Positions 45,418 through 54,468 of a DNA stretch of 64,000 bases are shown piece by piece; positions within the stretch are counted from its first letter, which is position 1; every line of letters begins with the position of its first letter. The stretch is from Bacilli bacterium (GTDB lineage Bacteria; Bacillota_I; Bacilli_A; RF39; UBA660), in the NCBI GenBank assembly GCA_050948865.1, contig JBMNEQ010000003.1:70831-134830 (forward strand), read 5' to 3'. A program made the translations under genes and the position numbers. Below the pieces are notes generated by a model. That model worked only from the letters and a program-made list of their open reading frames with translations, ran no database searches and was not told the DNA's origin.

Positions 45418-46323
45418 GTGGAATTCATCATAAAAGAGATTAGAAAACAAAAAATAGGAAAATATATAGAAAATGTTCTTCTTTCTAAAAATACTACTTA
45501 TCAAGTAGGCGGAAAAGCTCGCCTTTTTGTTTATCCAGAAAATGTTTTAAAATTAATTATTTTAATTAAACTATTAAAAGAAAATAAGATAAAATATAAA
45601 GTGTTAGGTAAAGGTTCTAATCTTATTTTTAGTGATCAAGATTATGAAGGTGTTATTATTAAGTTAGATAAATTTGATCATCTAATAAGAAAAGGAACTG
45701 TTATAAAAGTTGGTAGTGGTTATAGTTTAATTAAATTAGCTTATGAAATGTCTAGAAAGGGGCTTAGTGGTTTAGAGTTTGCGACAGGAATCCCTGGAAC
45801 TGTCGGGGGAGCTATTTTTATGAATGCTGGAGCCTATAAATCAGATATGGGTTATATAGTTAGTAGTGTTAAAGTATTAACTCCTGATTTAAAGATTAAA
45901 AAGTTATATAATCGGGAATTAGATTTTCATTACCGAACATCTTTTTTATTAAAAAACCCTGATTATATCTGTTTAGAAGCAACATTGGTTTTAAAGCAAG
46001 GTTATAAAAGAGAGATTATGGATTTAATTGAAACAAGAAAACAAAAAAGGCTTTTATCTCAACCTTTAGAATATCCAAGTGCCGGTAGTGTTTTTAGAAA
46101 TCCTAATGATGATTATGCGGGAAGATTAATTGAGGTTTCTGGTTTAAAAGGTCTTCAAATAGGAGGAGCTTTAGTTAGTCCAAAACACGCTAATTTTATT
46201 GTTAATTATCATCATGCAACGGCTAAAGATATAAGAGATTTAATATTAAAGGTTAAAGAAAAAGTAAAAGAAGATCATCAAATAGATTTAATTATTGAAC
46301 AAGAATTTGTTAATTTTGATTAA
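45418..46323 (+). CDS. murB: UDP-N-acetylenolpyruvoylglucosamine reductase
   Basis: FAD-binding TYQVGGKA, GKGSNL, and GSVFRNP motifs. GTG start. Confidence 0.9.
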   Translation: MEFIIKEIRKQKIGKYIENVLLSKNTTYQVGGKARLFVYPENVLKLIILIKLLKENKIKYKVLGKGSNLIFSDQDYEGVIIKLDKFDHLIRKGTVIKVGSGYSLIKLAYEMSRKGLSGLEFATGIPGTVGGAIFMNAGAYKSDMGYIVSSVKVLTPDLKIKKLYNRELDFHYRTSFLLKNPDYICLEATLVLKQGYKREIMDLIETRKQKRLLSQPLEYPSAGSVFRNPNDDYAGRLIEVSGLKGLQIGGALVSPKHANFIVNYHHATAKDIRDLILKVKEKVKEDHQIDLIIEQEFVNFD

Positions 46324-46344
46324 ATAATTAAAGAAAGGTTAAAC

Positions 46345-47046
46345 ATGAAAGAAACAGTAAAAGTTAGAAGAAGAAAATTAAACTTTATTAAGCTTTTATT
46401 AATTTTATTAGGTTTGTATATTTTTATATACATTGTTTATTTATTGATACAATTACCAATCAAGAATATTTATATTTATTATGAAAGTGAATTTCCTAAT
46501 ATGCTATTAAAAGATCAAATGATTTTAGAAGAGGCTAAAATTGATGATTATCCTAGTTTTTTCTTAACAACTAGTTATTCAATTAGAAAAAGATTATTAA
46601 AAAATCCTTATATTAAGAAAGTAGAAGTGAAGAAAAAATGGTTTAGAGAAGTTCACCTTTATATAACAAAATATAAAAAAATATTTTATGATGAACCAAG
46701 TAATAAAATTGTTTTAGAAAATAATAAGCAAGTAAAAAATAATAAAAGAATTAATTATCTTCCTGTTTTAATAAATTATGTTCCTGATACTATTTATGAT
46801 AAGTTTTTAAAGCAAATGAGTTTAATTAAAAGTGATGTTAAAATAAAGATATCAGAAATTCAATATAATCCTCATGATATAGATGAAGAATGTTTTATTT
46901 TTATGATGAATGATGGGGTTTATGTTTATCTTACTTTAGATAAATTTAACAAGATAAATGAGTATAATAATATTGTTCCTATTCTTGAAGGAAAGAAAGG
47001 AATTTTATATTTAGATTTAGGTAATTATTTTGAGATTTTCGAGTGA
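46345..47046 (+). CDS. divIB: cell division protein DivIB/FtsQ (POTRA domain)
   Basis: Bitopic protein with one TM, located between murB and ftsA. Confidence 0.65.
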   Translation: MKETVKVRRRKLNFIKLLLILLGLYIFIYIVYLLIQLPIKNIYIYYESEFPNMLLKDQMILEEAKIDDYPSFFLTTSYSIRKRLLKNPYIKKVEVKKKWFREVHLYITKYKKIFYDEPSNKIVLENNKQVKNNKRINYLPVLINYVPDTIYDKFLKQMSLIKSDVKIKISEIQYNPHDIDEECFIFMMNDGVYVYLTLDKFNKINEYNNIVPILEGKKGILYLDLGNYFEIFE

Positions 47047-47107
47047 TTTATTTGTTTTAAGAAGGCATTTATAGTATAATGATTTTAAATTAAAGGGAGC
47101 ATTGTCT

Positions 47108-48355
47108 ATGAAAAAAATATACACTAGTATTGATCTTGGATCTGATACGATTAAATTGTTAGTTGGTGAGATTTATAAAGGGAAGTTAAGTGTTCTTGCT
47201 GTTTCTAGTGTTTCTTCTAAAGGTATTAAAAAAGGATTAATTGTTGATGCTAATGAGACAATCTTGGCTTTAAGAGAAGTTATAGAGGAAGTAGAAGGTA
47301 AGTTGGGAATTAAATTAAAAAAGGTGATAGCTAATGTTCCTGCTTATTTTGCTGAATATAAGGAAGTAGAAGGGTATTCAACTATTACTAATGAAGATAA
47401 AAAAATAACTGGTAATGATATTGTTAGAACTTTACAAGCTTGTGTTTATAATAAACTTAAAACTAATCATGAATTAATTACTATTGTTCCTATAGAATTT
47501 AAGGTCGATAATAAAAAAGGATTAATGGATCCTAAAGGAATTGTTGGTAAAAAGTTATTTGTTAAAGCAGTCTTAGTTTCAACTCCTAAGAAAAATGTTT
47601 ATTCAGTAATTAGTGTTTTAGATAGTCTTGGTTTAGAAGTAGTGGATATTAATATTTCTCCTCTTAGTGATTATTTTGAATATAAAAATAGGGAATTAGA
47701 TAAAGGAGTAACAGCTCTTATTAATATTGGGGATCAAACAACAACTGTTTCTGTTTTTGAGAAGGGAATAATTATTAATTCTGAAATAATTGTTGTTGGA
47801 GGAGAAAATATTGATAATGATCTTTCTTATATTTTTAAAATAAATAAACAAAATAGTAAGGAATTAAAGGAAAGGTTTGCTTTAGGGGATAAAGAATATG
47901 CTCAAACTAAAGAAACTTATGATGTAATTAGTATTACGAAAAAAGAACTTGTATTAAATCAATATGAATTATCTGAAGTGGTGATGTCTAGATTAGTTGA
48001 AATATTAAAATTAGCAAGAAAACAGGTTTCCCTCTTAACAAATAAAGAAATTAATTATATAATAGTTACAGGTGGAACTAGTGAAATACCGGGAATGGCT
48101 TCTTTGGTTAAGGATTGTTTAGGCCAAAATGCTCGTTTAGGTAATATTGATACCATTGGTATTAGAGATTATAAATATTCTGTTTCATCAGGGATGATTA
48201 AGTATTTTTCATCTAAATTAAAATTAAGAGGAAAAGAATATTCAATGTTTGATATAAAGGAACAGGAAGATTTAATATCTTCTCAAAAGAAAGTATTAAA
48301 TGTTTCTAATAATTCGATACTTGGTAAGGTTTTTGGATACTTTTTTGATAATTAG
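47108..48355 (+). CDS. ftsA: cell division protein FtsA
   Basis: Actin-fold motifs IDLGSDTIK and VTGGTSEIPG. ATG 47108 is preferred over the TTG at 47102. Confidence 0.9.
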   Translation: MKKIYTSIDLGSDTIKLLVGEIYKGKLSVLAVSSVSSKGIKKGLIVDANETILALREVIEEVEGKLGIKLKKVIANVPAYFAEYKEVEGYSTITNEDKKITGNDIVRTLQACVYNKLKTNHELITIVPIEFKVDNKKGLMDPKGIVGKKLFVKAVLVSTPKKNVYSVISVLDSLGLEVVDINISPLSDYFEYKNRELDKGVTALINIGDQTTTVSVFEKGIIINSEIIVVGGENIDNDLSYIFKINKQNSKELKERFALGDKEYAQTKETYDVISITKKELVLNQYELSEVVMSRLVEILKLARKQVSLLTNKEINYIIVTGGTSEIPGMASLVKDCLGQNARLGNIDTIGIRDYKYSVSSGMIKYFSSKLKLRGKEYSMFDIKEQEDLISSQKKVLNVSNNSILGKVFGYFFDN

Positions 48356-48368
48356 AGGAGGAATTTAA

Positions 48369-49433
48369 ATGTTTGGATTAGAGATGGATCAATTAGCTAA
48401 AATTAAAGTAGTTGGTATTGGTGGAGCTGGTAATAATGCTGTTAATCGGATGATTGAAACAGGTGTTAAAGGGGTTGAATTTATTGTTACTAATACTGAT
48501 TTACAAGTATTAAATAGTTCAAAAGCAGAAATTAAATTACAAATTGGAGCGAAGATAACTGATGGTTTAGGGGCTGGAGCTAATCCTGAAGTAGGAAGAG
48601 AAGCAGCTTTAGAATCTAAAGATGCAATTAGAGATTTATTAGAAGGGGCTGATATGGTTTTTATAACTTGTGGTATGGGGGGAGGAACTGGAACTGGAGC
48701 AGCACCGATTGTAGCAGAAATCTCTCAAGAATTAGGGGCTTTAACTGTAGCAATTGTTACTAAACCTTTTTCTTTTGAAGGTAAAAAAAGAATGGAACAA
48801 GCTCTTCAGGGACTGGATGAATTAAAAAAGCATGTTGATACTTTAATAATTATTCCAAATGATCGTTTAAGAGAAATTATTGATAAATCAACACCAATGT
48901 TAGATGCTTTTCGAGAAGTAGATAATGTTTTAAGAAGAGGGGTGCAATCTATTTCTGATTTAATTGCTGTAACAGGTTTAGTTAATCTAGATTTTGCTGA
49001 TGTTAGAGCAGTAATGCAAGAAAGTGGTAATGCTTTAATTGGAATAGGAATAGGAGCAGGAGAAAATAGGGCCATTGAAGCCGCTAAACAAGCTGTTTCT
49101 AGTCCTTTATTAGAAGAGAATATAACAGGAGCTACTAACGCTATTATTAATGTTACTGGTGGTTCTAGTTTAACTTTATTTGAAGTAGAAGATGCTGTTG
49201 ATGTTATTCGTTCAGCAGCTAATACAGACGTTAATACCATCTTTGGTTCAGTTATTAATGAAAATCTTAGTGATGAAGTAATAGTTACAGTGATTGCAAC
49301 AGGATTTCAAAAAGATACTACGCCTTTGGTTAATGTAATGAATGAAAAAGAAGAAGAAATAGAAAAGCCAATAGAACCAGTATCAGAATTAGATATTCCT
49401 CCTTTTATTAGAAATCGCCGGGGAATAAATTAA
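48369..49433 (+). CDS. ftsZ: cell division protein FtsZ
   Basis: [13 protein letters not shown] and the tubulin signature [10 protein letters not shown]. Confidence 0.95.
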   Translation: MFGLEMDQLAKIKVVGIGGAGNNAVNRMIETGVKGVEFIVTNTDLQVLNSSKAEIKLQIGAKITDGLGAGANPEVGREAALESKDAIRDLLEGADMVFITCGMGGGTGTGAAPIVAEISQELGALTVAIVTKPFSFEGKKRMEQALQGLDELKKHVDTLIIIPNDRLREIIDKSTPMLDAFREVDNVLRRGVQSISDLIAVTGLVNLDFADVRAVMQESGNALIGIGIGAGENRAIEAAKQAVSSPLLEENITGATNAIINVTGGSSLTLFEVEDAVDVIRSAANTDVNTIFGSVINENLSDEVIVTVIATGFQKDTTPLVNVMNEKEEEIEKPIEPVSELDIPPFIRNRRGIN

Positions 49434-49452
49434 TAAATATTTAGGTTTATAC

Positions 49453-49485
49453 AAAAAAAGACACAAAATCAAGTCTTTTTTTTTT
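49453..49485 (+). terminator. rho-independent terminator after ftsZ
   Basis: AAAAAAGAC-acaaaatcaa-GTCTTTTTT with a long T tract. Confidence 0.65.
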
Positions 49486-49505
49486 ATACTTTTATTGGTG
49501 ATTTA

Positions 49506-50297
49506 ATGAAAATATATCTTGATTTAATCTTTATTCTTAACTTTTTATTTGATTTCCTTCTTTTATTAGTAGTAGGAATTATTTTAAGAAGAAATTCTAA
49601 AATAACCAGATTATTAGGGGGAGCTTTTATTGGTGGTTTATCTATTTTAGTTTTATTTTTAACTATTACCTCTTTAGAATTATTTATTATAAAAATTATA
49701 ATTAGTATTTTAATGGTAATAGCTACTTTTGGTTATAAAGACTTAAGATATACTTGTCGTAACCTTTTTTATTTATATACAGTAAGTCTACTTTTAGGAG
49801 GTTTTTTATACTTTCTTAATTTAGAATTTAGTTATCGTCAAGATGGTTTAATCTTTTATCATAATGGTTTAAGTATTAACTGGATTTTATTATTAATATT
49901 ATCACCAATTATTTTATATGTTTATCTTAAACAAGCTTTAAACTTAAAAAATAATTATTCTAATTATTATTTAGTGGACATATATTTTAAAAATGGGACA
50001 AAGAAAAAGTTTAGTGCCTTTTTAGATACTGGTAATAAATTAATTGATCCTTATTTTAAAAGGCCAATTATTTTAGTAAATAAAAAAGAAATAAATAATT
50101 TATATCAAGAAAAAGAAATCTTATTAGTTCCTTATGATACTTTAAATAATCATAGTTTATTAAAGTGTATAATCCCAGAAAAAATAGAGATAGTGGGAGT
50201 TGGAATTAGAAAGAAAGTTTTAATCGGAATTTCTGAGAAGAATATTAATTTAGATGGCATTGATTGTATTTTACATGCTAAGTTATTGGAGGGATAA
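49506..50297 (+). CDS. spoIIGA: sigma-E processing peptidase SpoIIGA
   Basis: N-terminal polytopic domain and the aspartic protease motif LDTGN. Directly upstream of sigE. Confidence 0.8.
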   Translation: MKIYLDLIFILNFLFDFLLLLVVGIILRRNSKITRLLGGAFIGGLSILVLFLTITSLELFIIKIIISILMVIATFGYKDLRYTCRNLFYLYTVSLLLGGFLYFLNLEFSYRQDGLIFYHNGLSINWILLLILSPIILYVYLKQALNLKNNYSNYYLVDIYFKNGTKKKFSAFLDTGNKLIDPYFKRPIILVNKKEINNLYQEKEILLVPYDTLNNHSLLKCIIPEKIEIVGVGIRKKVLIGISEKNINLDGIDCILHAKLLEG

Positions 50298-50298
50298 A

Positions 50299-50991
50299 AT
50301 GTTTAAAAACCTTAAAAACTTTTTTAGAAGTATTTTAGAAAAAATAAATTATCTTTTTTTTATTGGAAAAACTGATGTTTTACCAGAACCTTTATCTAAA
50401 GAGTTAGAGGAACATTATTTAATCTTAAATGAACAAGGTGAAATAGATGCCAAAAATAAACTTATTGAACATAATTTAAGATTAGTTGTTTTTTTAGCTA
50501 AAAAGTATGATAATACCCAAATAGATTTAGAAGATTTAGTTAGTATTGGAACAATTGGTTTAATTAAAGCAATTAATACTTATAAAAGAGATAAAAATAT
50601 TAAACTCGCTACTTATGCTAGCCGTTGTATTGATAATGAAATCTTAATGTATTTAAGAAAAAATAAAAAAAGAAGAAGTGAAGTTAGTTTTGAAGAATCA
50701 TTAAGTTATGATGCTGATGGTAATGAACTTCATTTAGAAGATGTTTTAGGAACAGAAGTTGATATAGTAACTAAACCACTAGAAAATGAAGTAGAAAAGG
50801 CTTTATTAATCGATGAAATAAGCAAATTAGATAAAAGAGATAAACAAATAATGGTCTTAAGATATGGTTTATTAAATAATGAAGAAATGACTCAAAAAGA
50901 TGTTGCTAAATTATTAGGTATTTCTCAATCTTATATCTCCCGGATTGAAAAAAAGGTTATTAAAAAACTTAAATTTATTGATAAGATATAA
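50299..50991 (+). CDS. sigE: sporulation sigma factor SigE (pro-sigma-E)
   Basis: Pro-sequence then ...DVLPEPLSKELEE..., region 2 (HNLRLVVFLAKKY, GTIGLIKAI), and a region 4 HTH (QKDVAKLLGISQSYISRIEKK). ATG 50299 follows GGAGGG. Confidence 0.85.
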   Translation: MFKNLKNFFRSILEKINYLFFIGKTDVLPEPLSKELEEHYLILNEQGEIDAKNKLIEHNLRLVVFLAKKYDNTQIDLEDLVSIGTIGLIKAINTYKRDKNIKLATYASRCIDNEILMYLRKNKKRRSEVSFEESLSYDADGNELHLEDVLGTEVDIVTKPLENEVEKALLIDEISKLDKRDKQIMVLRYGLLNNEEMTQKDVAKLLGISQSYISRIEKKVIKKLKFIDKI

Positions 50992-51029
50992 AAATTATTC
51001 AGTGTGTTATAATAAATTTAGGTGATTTT

Positions 51030-52781
51030 ATGCTTAAATCAAAATTAAAATTAATTCCCTCTAAACCGGGATGTTATTTATTTAAAGATAAAGATAATAT
51101 TATTATTTATGTTGGTAAAGCTAAAAATTTAAAGAATAGGGTTAAATCTTATTTTTCTACCAAACATAGTGGAAAAACTAAAGCTTTAGTCAGTAATATA
51201 GAGGATTTAGAATTTATTATTACCAAAAATGAGGTTGAGGCTTTAATTTTAGAATTAAACTTAATTAAAAGATATAATCCTAAATATAATATTTTATTTA
51301 AAGATGATAAAACATATCCTTATATTGAAATAACTAAAGAAAAATATCCAAGATTATTAATAGTAAGGGAAGCTGTTTTAAAAAAAAGAAATAGTAAGTT
51401 ATTTGGACCTTATCCTAATGTTTATGCTGCTAAAAAGACTGTTAACTTATTGAATAGGATGTATCCTTTAAGAAAGTGCCAGTATTTACCTAAAAAGGCT
51501 TGTTTATATAGCCATATTGGTGAATGTTTAGGTTACTGTGTTAATCAAATTGATCCGAAGGTAATTTCTAAGATAGTAAAAGAAATAACCGATTTTCTTC
51601 AAGGAAATGAAGATCATTTAATAAAAAAGATAGAAACGAAAATGAAGGAAGCCTCTTTAAAGTTAGATTATGAAAAAGCCCAGGAATTAAAATTATTATT
51701 AGATGATCTTAATCTTACTTTACATAAACAAGATATCGATTTAATTGATTTTACTGATCGTGATGTTTTTAATTATTACTTATTAGAAGATTATATGTCA
51801 GTTCAAGTCTTTCATTTAAGAGGTGGTAAGTTAGTAGAAAGAGATTCTAATATTTTTCCTTTAACTTTAGAAGAAGAAACTTTAGAATCTTATATCTATT
51901 CTTTTTATGAAAGAAATATCCTTCCTAAAGAAATCTTAGTTCCTTCTAATATTAATATAGAAATGTTAAAGGAAGCTTTAAATGTTAAAGTTTTAACTCC
52001 TAAAAGAGGGCCGAAGAAAAAGATCTTAGATTTAGCTTATGAAAATGCTAAAATATCTTTAGAAAATAAAATTATTATACTAAAAAATAAAGAAACAGAA
52101 AAATTAAAATTAGAAGAAGAATTAAAAGAATTATTAGGATTATCTAAAATAGAAAGAATTGAAGTTTTTGACAATGCTCATTTATTTGGGACATCTTCTG
52201 TGAGTGGAATGATTGTTTTAGAGGATTTTCTTTTTAAGAAAAAAGATTACCGAAAGTTTAAAATTAAAAGTGATTATAATGATGATTATCATTATATGAA
52301 GGAAGTAATTTATCGAAGATATTTTCGGTTATTAAAAGAAAATGGAACCTTTCCAGATTTAATAATGGTTGATGGTGGTTTTATTCAAGTTAATGCTGCT
52401 TTAAAATCTTTAGAAGTTTTAGGACTTAAAATACCTGTTCTTGGTTTAAAAAAGAATTTCCATCAATTAACTACTTTAGTTTATCAAAAAAAAGAAATAT
52501 CTTTAGATAAGAGATCTTCTTTGTTTTTATTTTTAACTAAAGTTAATAATGAAGTTCATCAATATACTATTAATTATCATCGCTTAATTAGAAGTAAAGG
52601 AACTTTATCTAGTATTTTAGATAATATTTCTGGAATAGGTTTTATTAGAAAAAAAAGATTATTAGAAAAGTATAAAACTATTACCAATATTAAAAATTCA
52701 TCTAAAGAAGAATTAAAAGAAATATTACCCGATAAAGTAATTGCTAATTTAACTAAAGAAATTAAAAAACTTGAAAATTAA
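51030..52781 (+). CDS. uvrC: excinuclease ABC subunit C
   Basis: GIY-YIG N-terminus (GCYLFKD...IIYVGKAKNLKNRV) and a C-terminal HhH. Confidence 0.9.
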   Translation: MLKSKLKLIPSKPGCYLFKDKDNIIIYVGKAKNLKNRVKSYFSTKHSGKTKALVSNIEDLEFIITKNEVEALILELNLIKRYNPKYNILFKDDKTYPYIEITKEKYPRLLIVREAVLKKRNSKLFGPYPNVYAAKKTVNLLNRMYPLRKCQYLPKKACLYSHIGECLGYCVNQIDPKVISKIVKEITDFLQGNEDHLIKKIETKMKEASLKLDYEKAQELKLLLDDLNLTLHKQDIDLIDFTDRDVFNYYLLEDYMSVQVFHLRGGKLVERDSNIFPLTLEEETLESYIYSFYERNILPKEILVPSNINIEMLKEALNVKVLTPKRGPKKKILDLAYENAKISLENKIIILKNKETEKLKLEEELKELLGLSKIERIEVFDNAHLFGTSSVSGMIVLEDFLFKKKDYRKFKIKSDYNDDYHYMKEVIYRRYFRLLKENGTFPDLIMVDGGFIQVNAALKSLEVLGLKIPVLGLKKNFHQLTTLVYQKKEISLDKRSSLFLFLTKVNNEVHQYTINYHRLIRSKGTLSSILDNISGIGFIRKKRLLEKYKTITNIKNSSKEELKEILPDKVIANLTKEIKKLEN

Positions 52782-52793
52782 TTCAAGTTTTTT
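52764..52793. terminator. bidirectional terminator
   Basis: AAAAAACTTGAA-aattaa-TTCAAGTTTTTT between convergent genes. Confidence 0.65.
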
Positions 52794-52797
52794 AGTG

Positions 52798-53028
52798 TTA
52801 GTTTTTCTTTTTAGTGTTATTAAAAGCTAAAATTGCTGCTATTGTAGTTAAAGTTAAACCGATGTAAATAATTATTAGATAGGTCCAGTTAATTGTTTGA
52901 TGATCAAAAAGAATAATCATTTTAAAAATTCCTTTTTCATTAACTACTGGTGGAAGAATAAAGGTAAAAAAAAGAATTACAATAGCGTAGGCCTTTAAAA
53001 TATATTCTTGAATAACATTTAACTTCAT
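52798..53028 (-). CDS. hypothetical small membrane protein (2 TM)
   Basis: 76-aa ORF with two hydrophobic helices and RBS AAGGAAGGAG upstream on the minus strand. Confidence 0.4.
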   Translation of the reverse strand: MKLNVIQEYILKAYAIVILFFTFILPPVVNEKGIFKMIILFDHQTINWTYLIIIYIGLTLTTIAAILAFNNTKKKN

Positions 53029-53158
53029 TCCAACACTCCTTCCTTAATTTAAATTTTATCATAAATTTTTTTAAAATCAAATAATTGGTTTTTTTATCTA
53101 CAAGTTATACAACTTATTACATATAAAGTAATAGATAGAAAATAGGAGGTGTTTTTTT

Positions 53159-53545
53159 ATGGATATACTTGTTACTGAAGAATTGCTTAATGTTTTAATG
53201 ATCGGGTCTACTTTTAGTATAGTTTTAATGTCTATTATTCAAAAAATAAAGAAATTCAATTTAATAAAAAGTGATGCTCATATTTTTATTGTTAATTTTC
53301 TTTTATCCTTTTCTATTGGAAGTTTATTTGCCTATAATTTTTATAATTTAAATATTATTTTTTCTTTATGGGTTGGTTTCTTTTCTTTTGTGGGTTCTCC
53401 ATTAATATATCATTTATTAAAAGGGCAAAACATTATTAATTATAAACCTCATTCTTTAGATGAAAAAGAAAAAATAGGAATTGTTGTTCCCTTAGAAAAT
53501 AAAATAAGAAGAGAAGGTGAAGTGGATGATCTTATTAGGAAGTAA
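53159..53545 (+). CDS. hypothetical membrane protein, holin-like by size and topology
   Basis: 128 aa with about 3 TM and a charged C-terminus. Overlaps the start of the downstream peptidase gene. RBS AGGAGG. Confidence 0.35.
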   Translation: MDILVTEELLNVLMIGSTFSIVLMSIIQKIKKFNLIKSDAHIFIVNFLLSFSIGSLFAYNFYNLNIIFSLWVGFFSFVGSPLIYHLLKGQNIINYKPHSLDEKEKIGIVVPLENKIRREGEVDDLIRK

Positions 53546-54434
53546 AAGGATAATAACGCAAAATTTTAAAAATCATCAATACGCTGAAGACTATGCTGGA
53601 CTACATTTATCAGATATTAAAATTTACGGAAAAGCTAAAGTGATACACGTGGTTAATAAATATCAATCTTATAAAGATACAATAAATTATCATGACTTTC
53701 TTAATAATAAAGAAAGATGGAAAGAAGGAAGCTATTATAATTGTCTTTCTATAGGGGGAAATAAAACAATTTATCATCAAAGTGAATTAGGTGGTAATGA
53801 AATAAAACTTGAATGTTATTATAATAAGAAAAAGTATTATTTTCGGTTATTACATTTAGCAGAAGTTTTTGTTAAGGTAGGAGATATTATTGATTCTAAT
53901 ACTTTACTTGGTCTTCAAGGAAATACAGGTTTAGTCTTATCTTATAAAAATAGAAATGATTTAACTTATGGAACTCATGTTCATTTTGAAATAACTGATG
54001 AAGATGGTAATTATATAAATCCAAGGGAATATGCTTTATTTAATTTAAAAGTAGATTATTTAGAACAAACCAATGAAGTTGATAAAACTAAAAGACAATT
54101 AAAAATTAATGTTGATAAAATTAATATTAGGAAAAATAGTAATGTTTCTTCTTCTATAATAGGGGGAGTTTATTATGGTGAGGTTTATACTGTTTTAGAA
54201 GAAAAAGAAGATGATAAGTATCAATGGTTTAAAATTAAGACTAATTTAGGATTAGTTGGTTATATCGCTAATGAGAAGGGCAAAAAATGGCTTCTTCTTT
54301 ATGAAATAAATGATCATATTGAGGGTAATTATCATCAAATTGAAGAACCAGTTATAAAAATGGTTTTTGAATGTTCAAAAGATGGAGTTTATGCTATCAA
54401 TTTAAAAAAGGGAGAAAAGTTATATATAGAATAA
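53517..54434 (+). CDS. M23-family peptidoglycan endopeptidase with a C-terminal SH3b-like domain
   Basis: LGLQGNTG...THVHFEI (M23 HxH motif). C-terminal KYQWFKIKTNLGLVGYIAN is an SH3b-like motif. Confidence 0.7.
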   Translation: MKWMILLGSKRIITQNFKNHQYAEDYAGLHLSDIKIYGKAKVIHVVNKYQSYKDTINYHDFLNNKERWKEGSYYNCLSIGGNKTIYHQSELGGNEIKLECYYNKKKYYFRLLHLAEVFVKVGDIIDSNTLLGLQGNTGLVLSYKNRNDLTYGTHVHFEITDEDGNYINPREYALFNLKVDYLEQTNEVDKTKRQLKINVDKINIRKNSNVSSSIIGGVYYGEVYTVLEEKEDDKYQWFKIKTNLGLVGYIANEKGKKWLLLYEINDHIEGNYHQIEEPVIKMVFECSKDGVYAINLKKGEKLYIE

Positions 54435-54463
54435 AAAAACATGAATGTTTATTTCATGTTTTT
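54435..54463. terminator. bidirectional terminator
   Basis: AAAAACATGAA-tgtttat-TTCATGTTTTT between convergent genes. Confidence 0.65.
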
Positions 54464-54468
54464 AATAG

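Noticed and set aside
53159-54434. Holin-like plus M23 endopeptidase pair as evidence of a prophage
   Set aside because: There are no integrase, capsid, tail, terminase or att-like repeats nearby, and the flanks are housekeeping genes. At most it is a remnant lysis cassette or a host autolysin unit.
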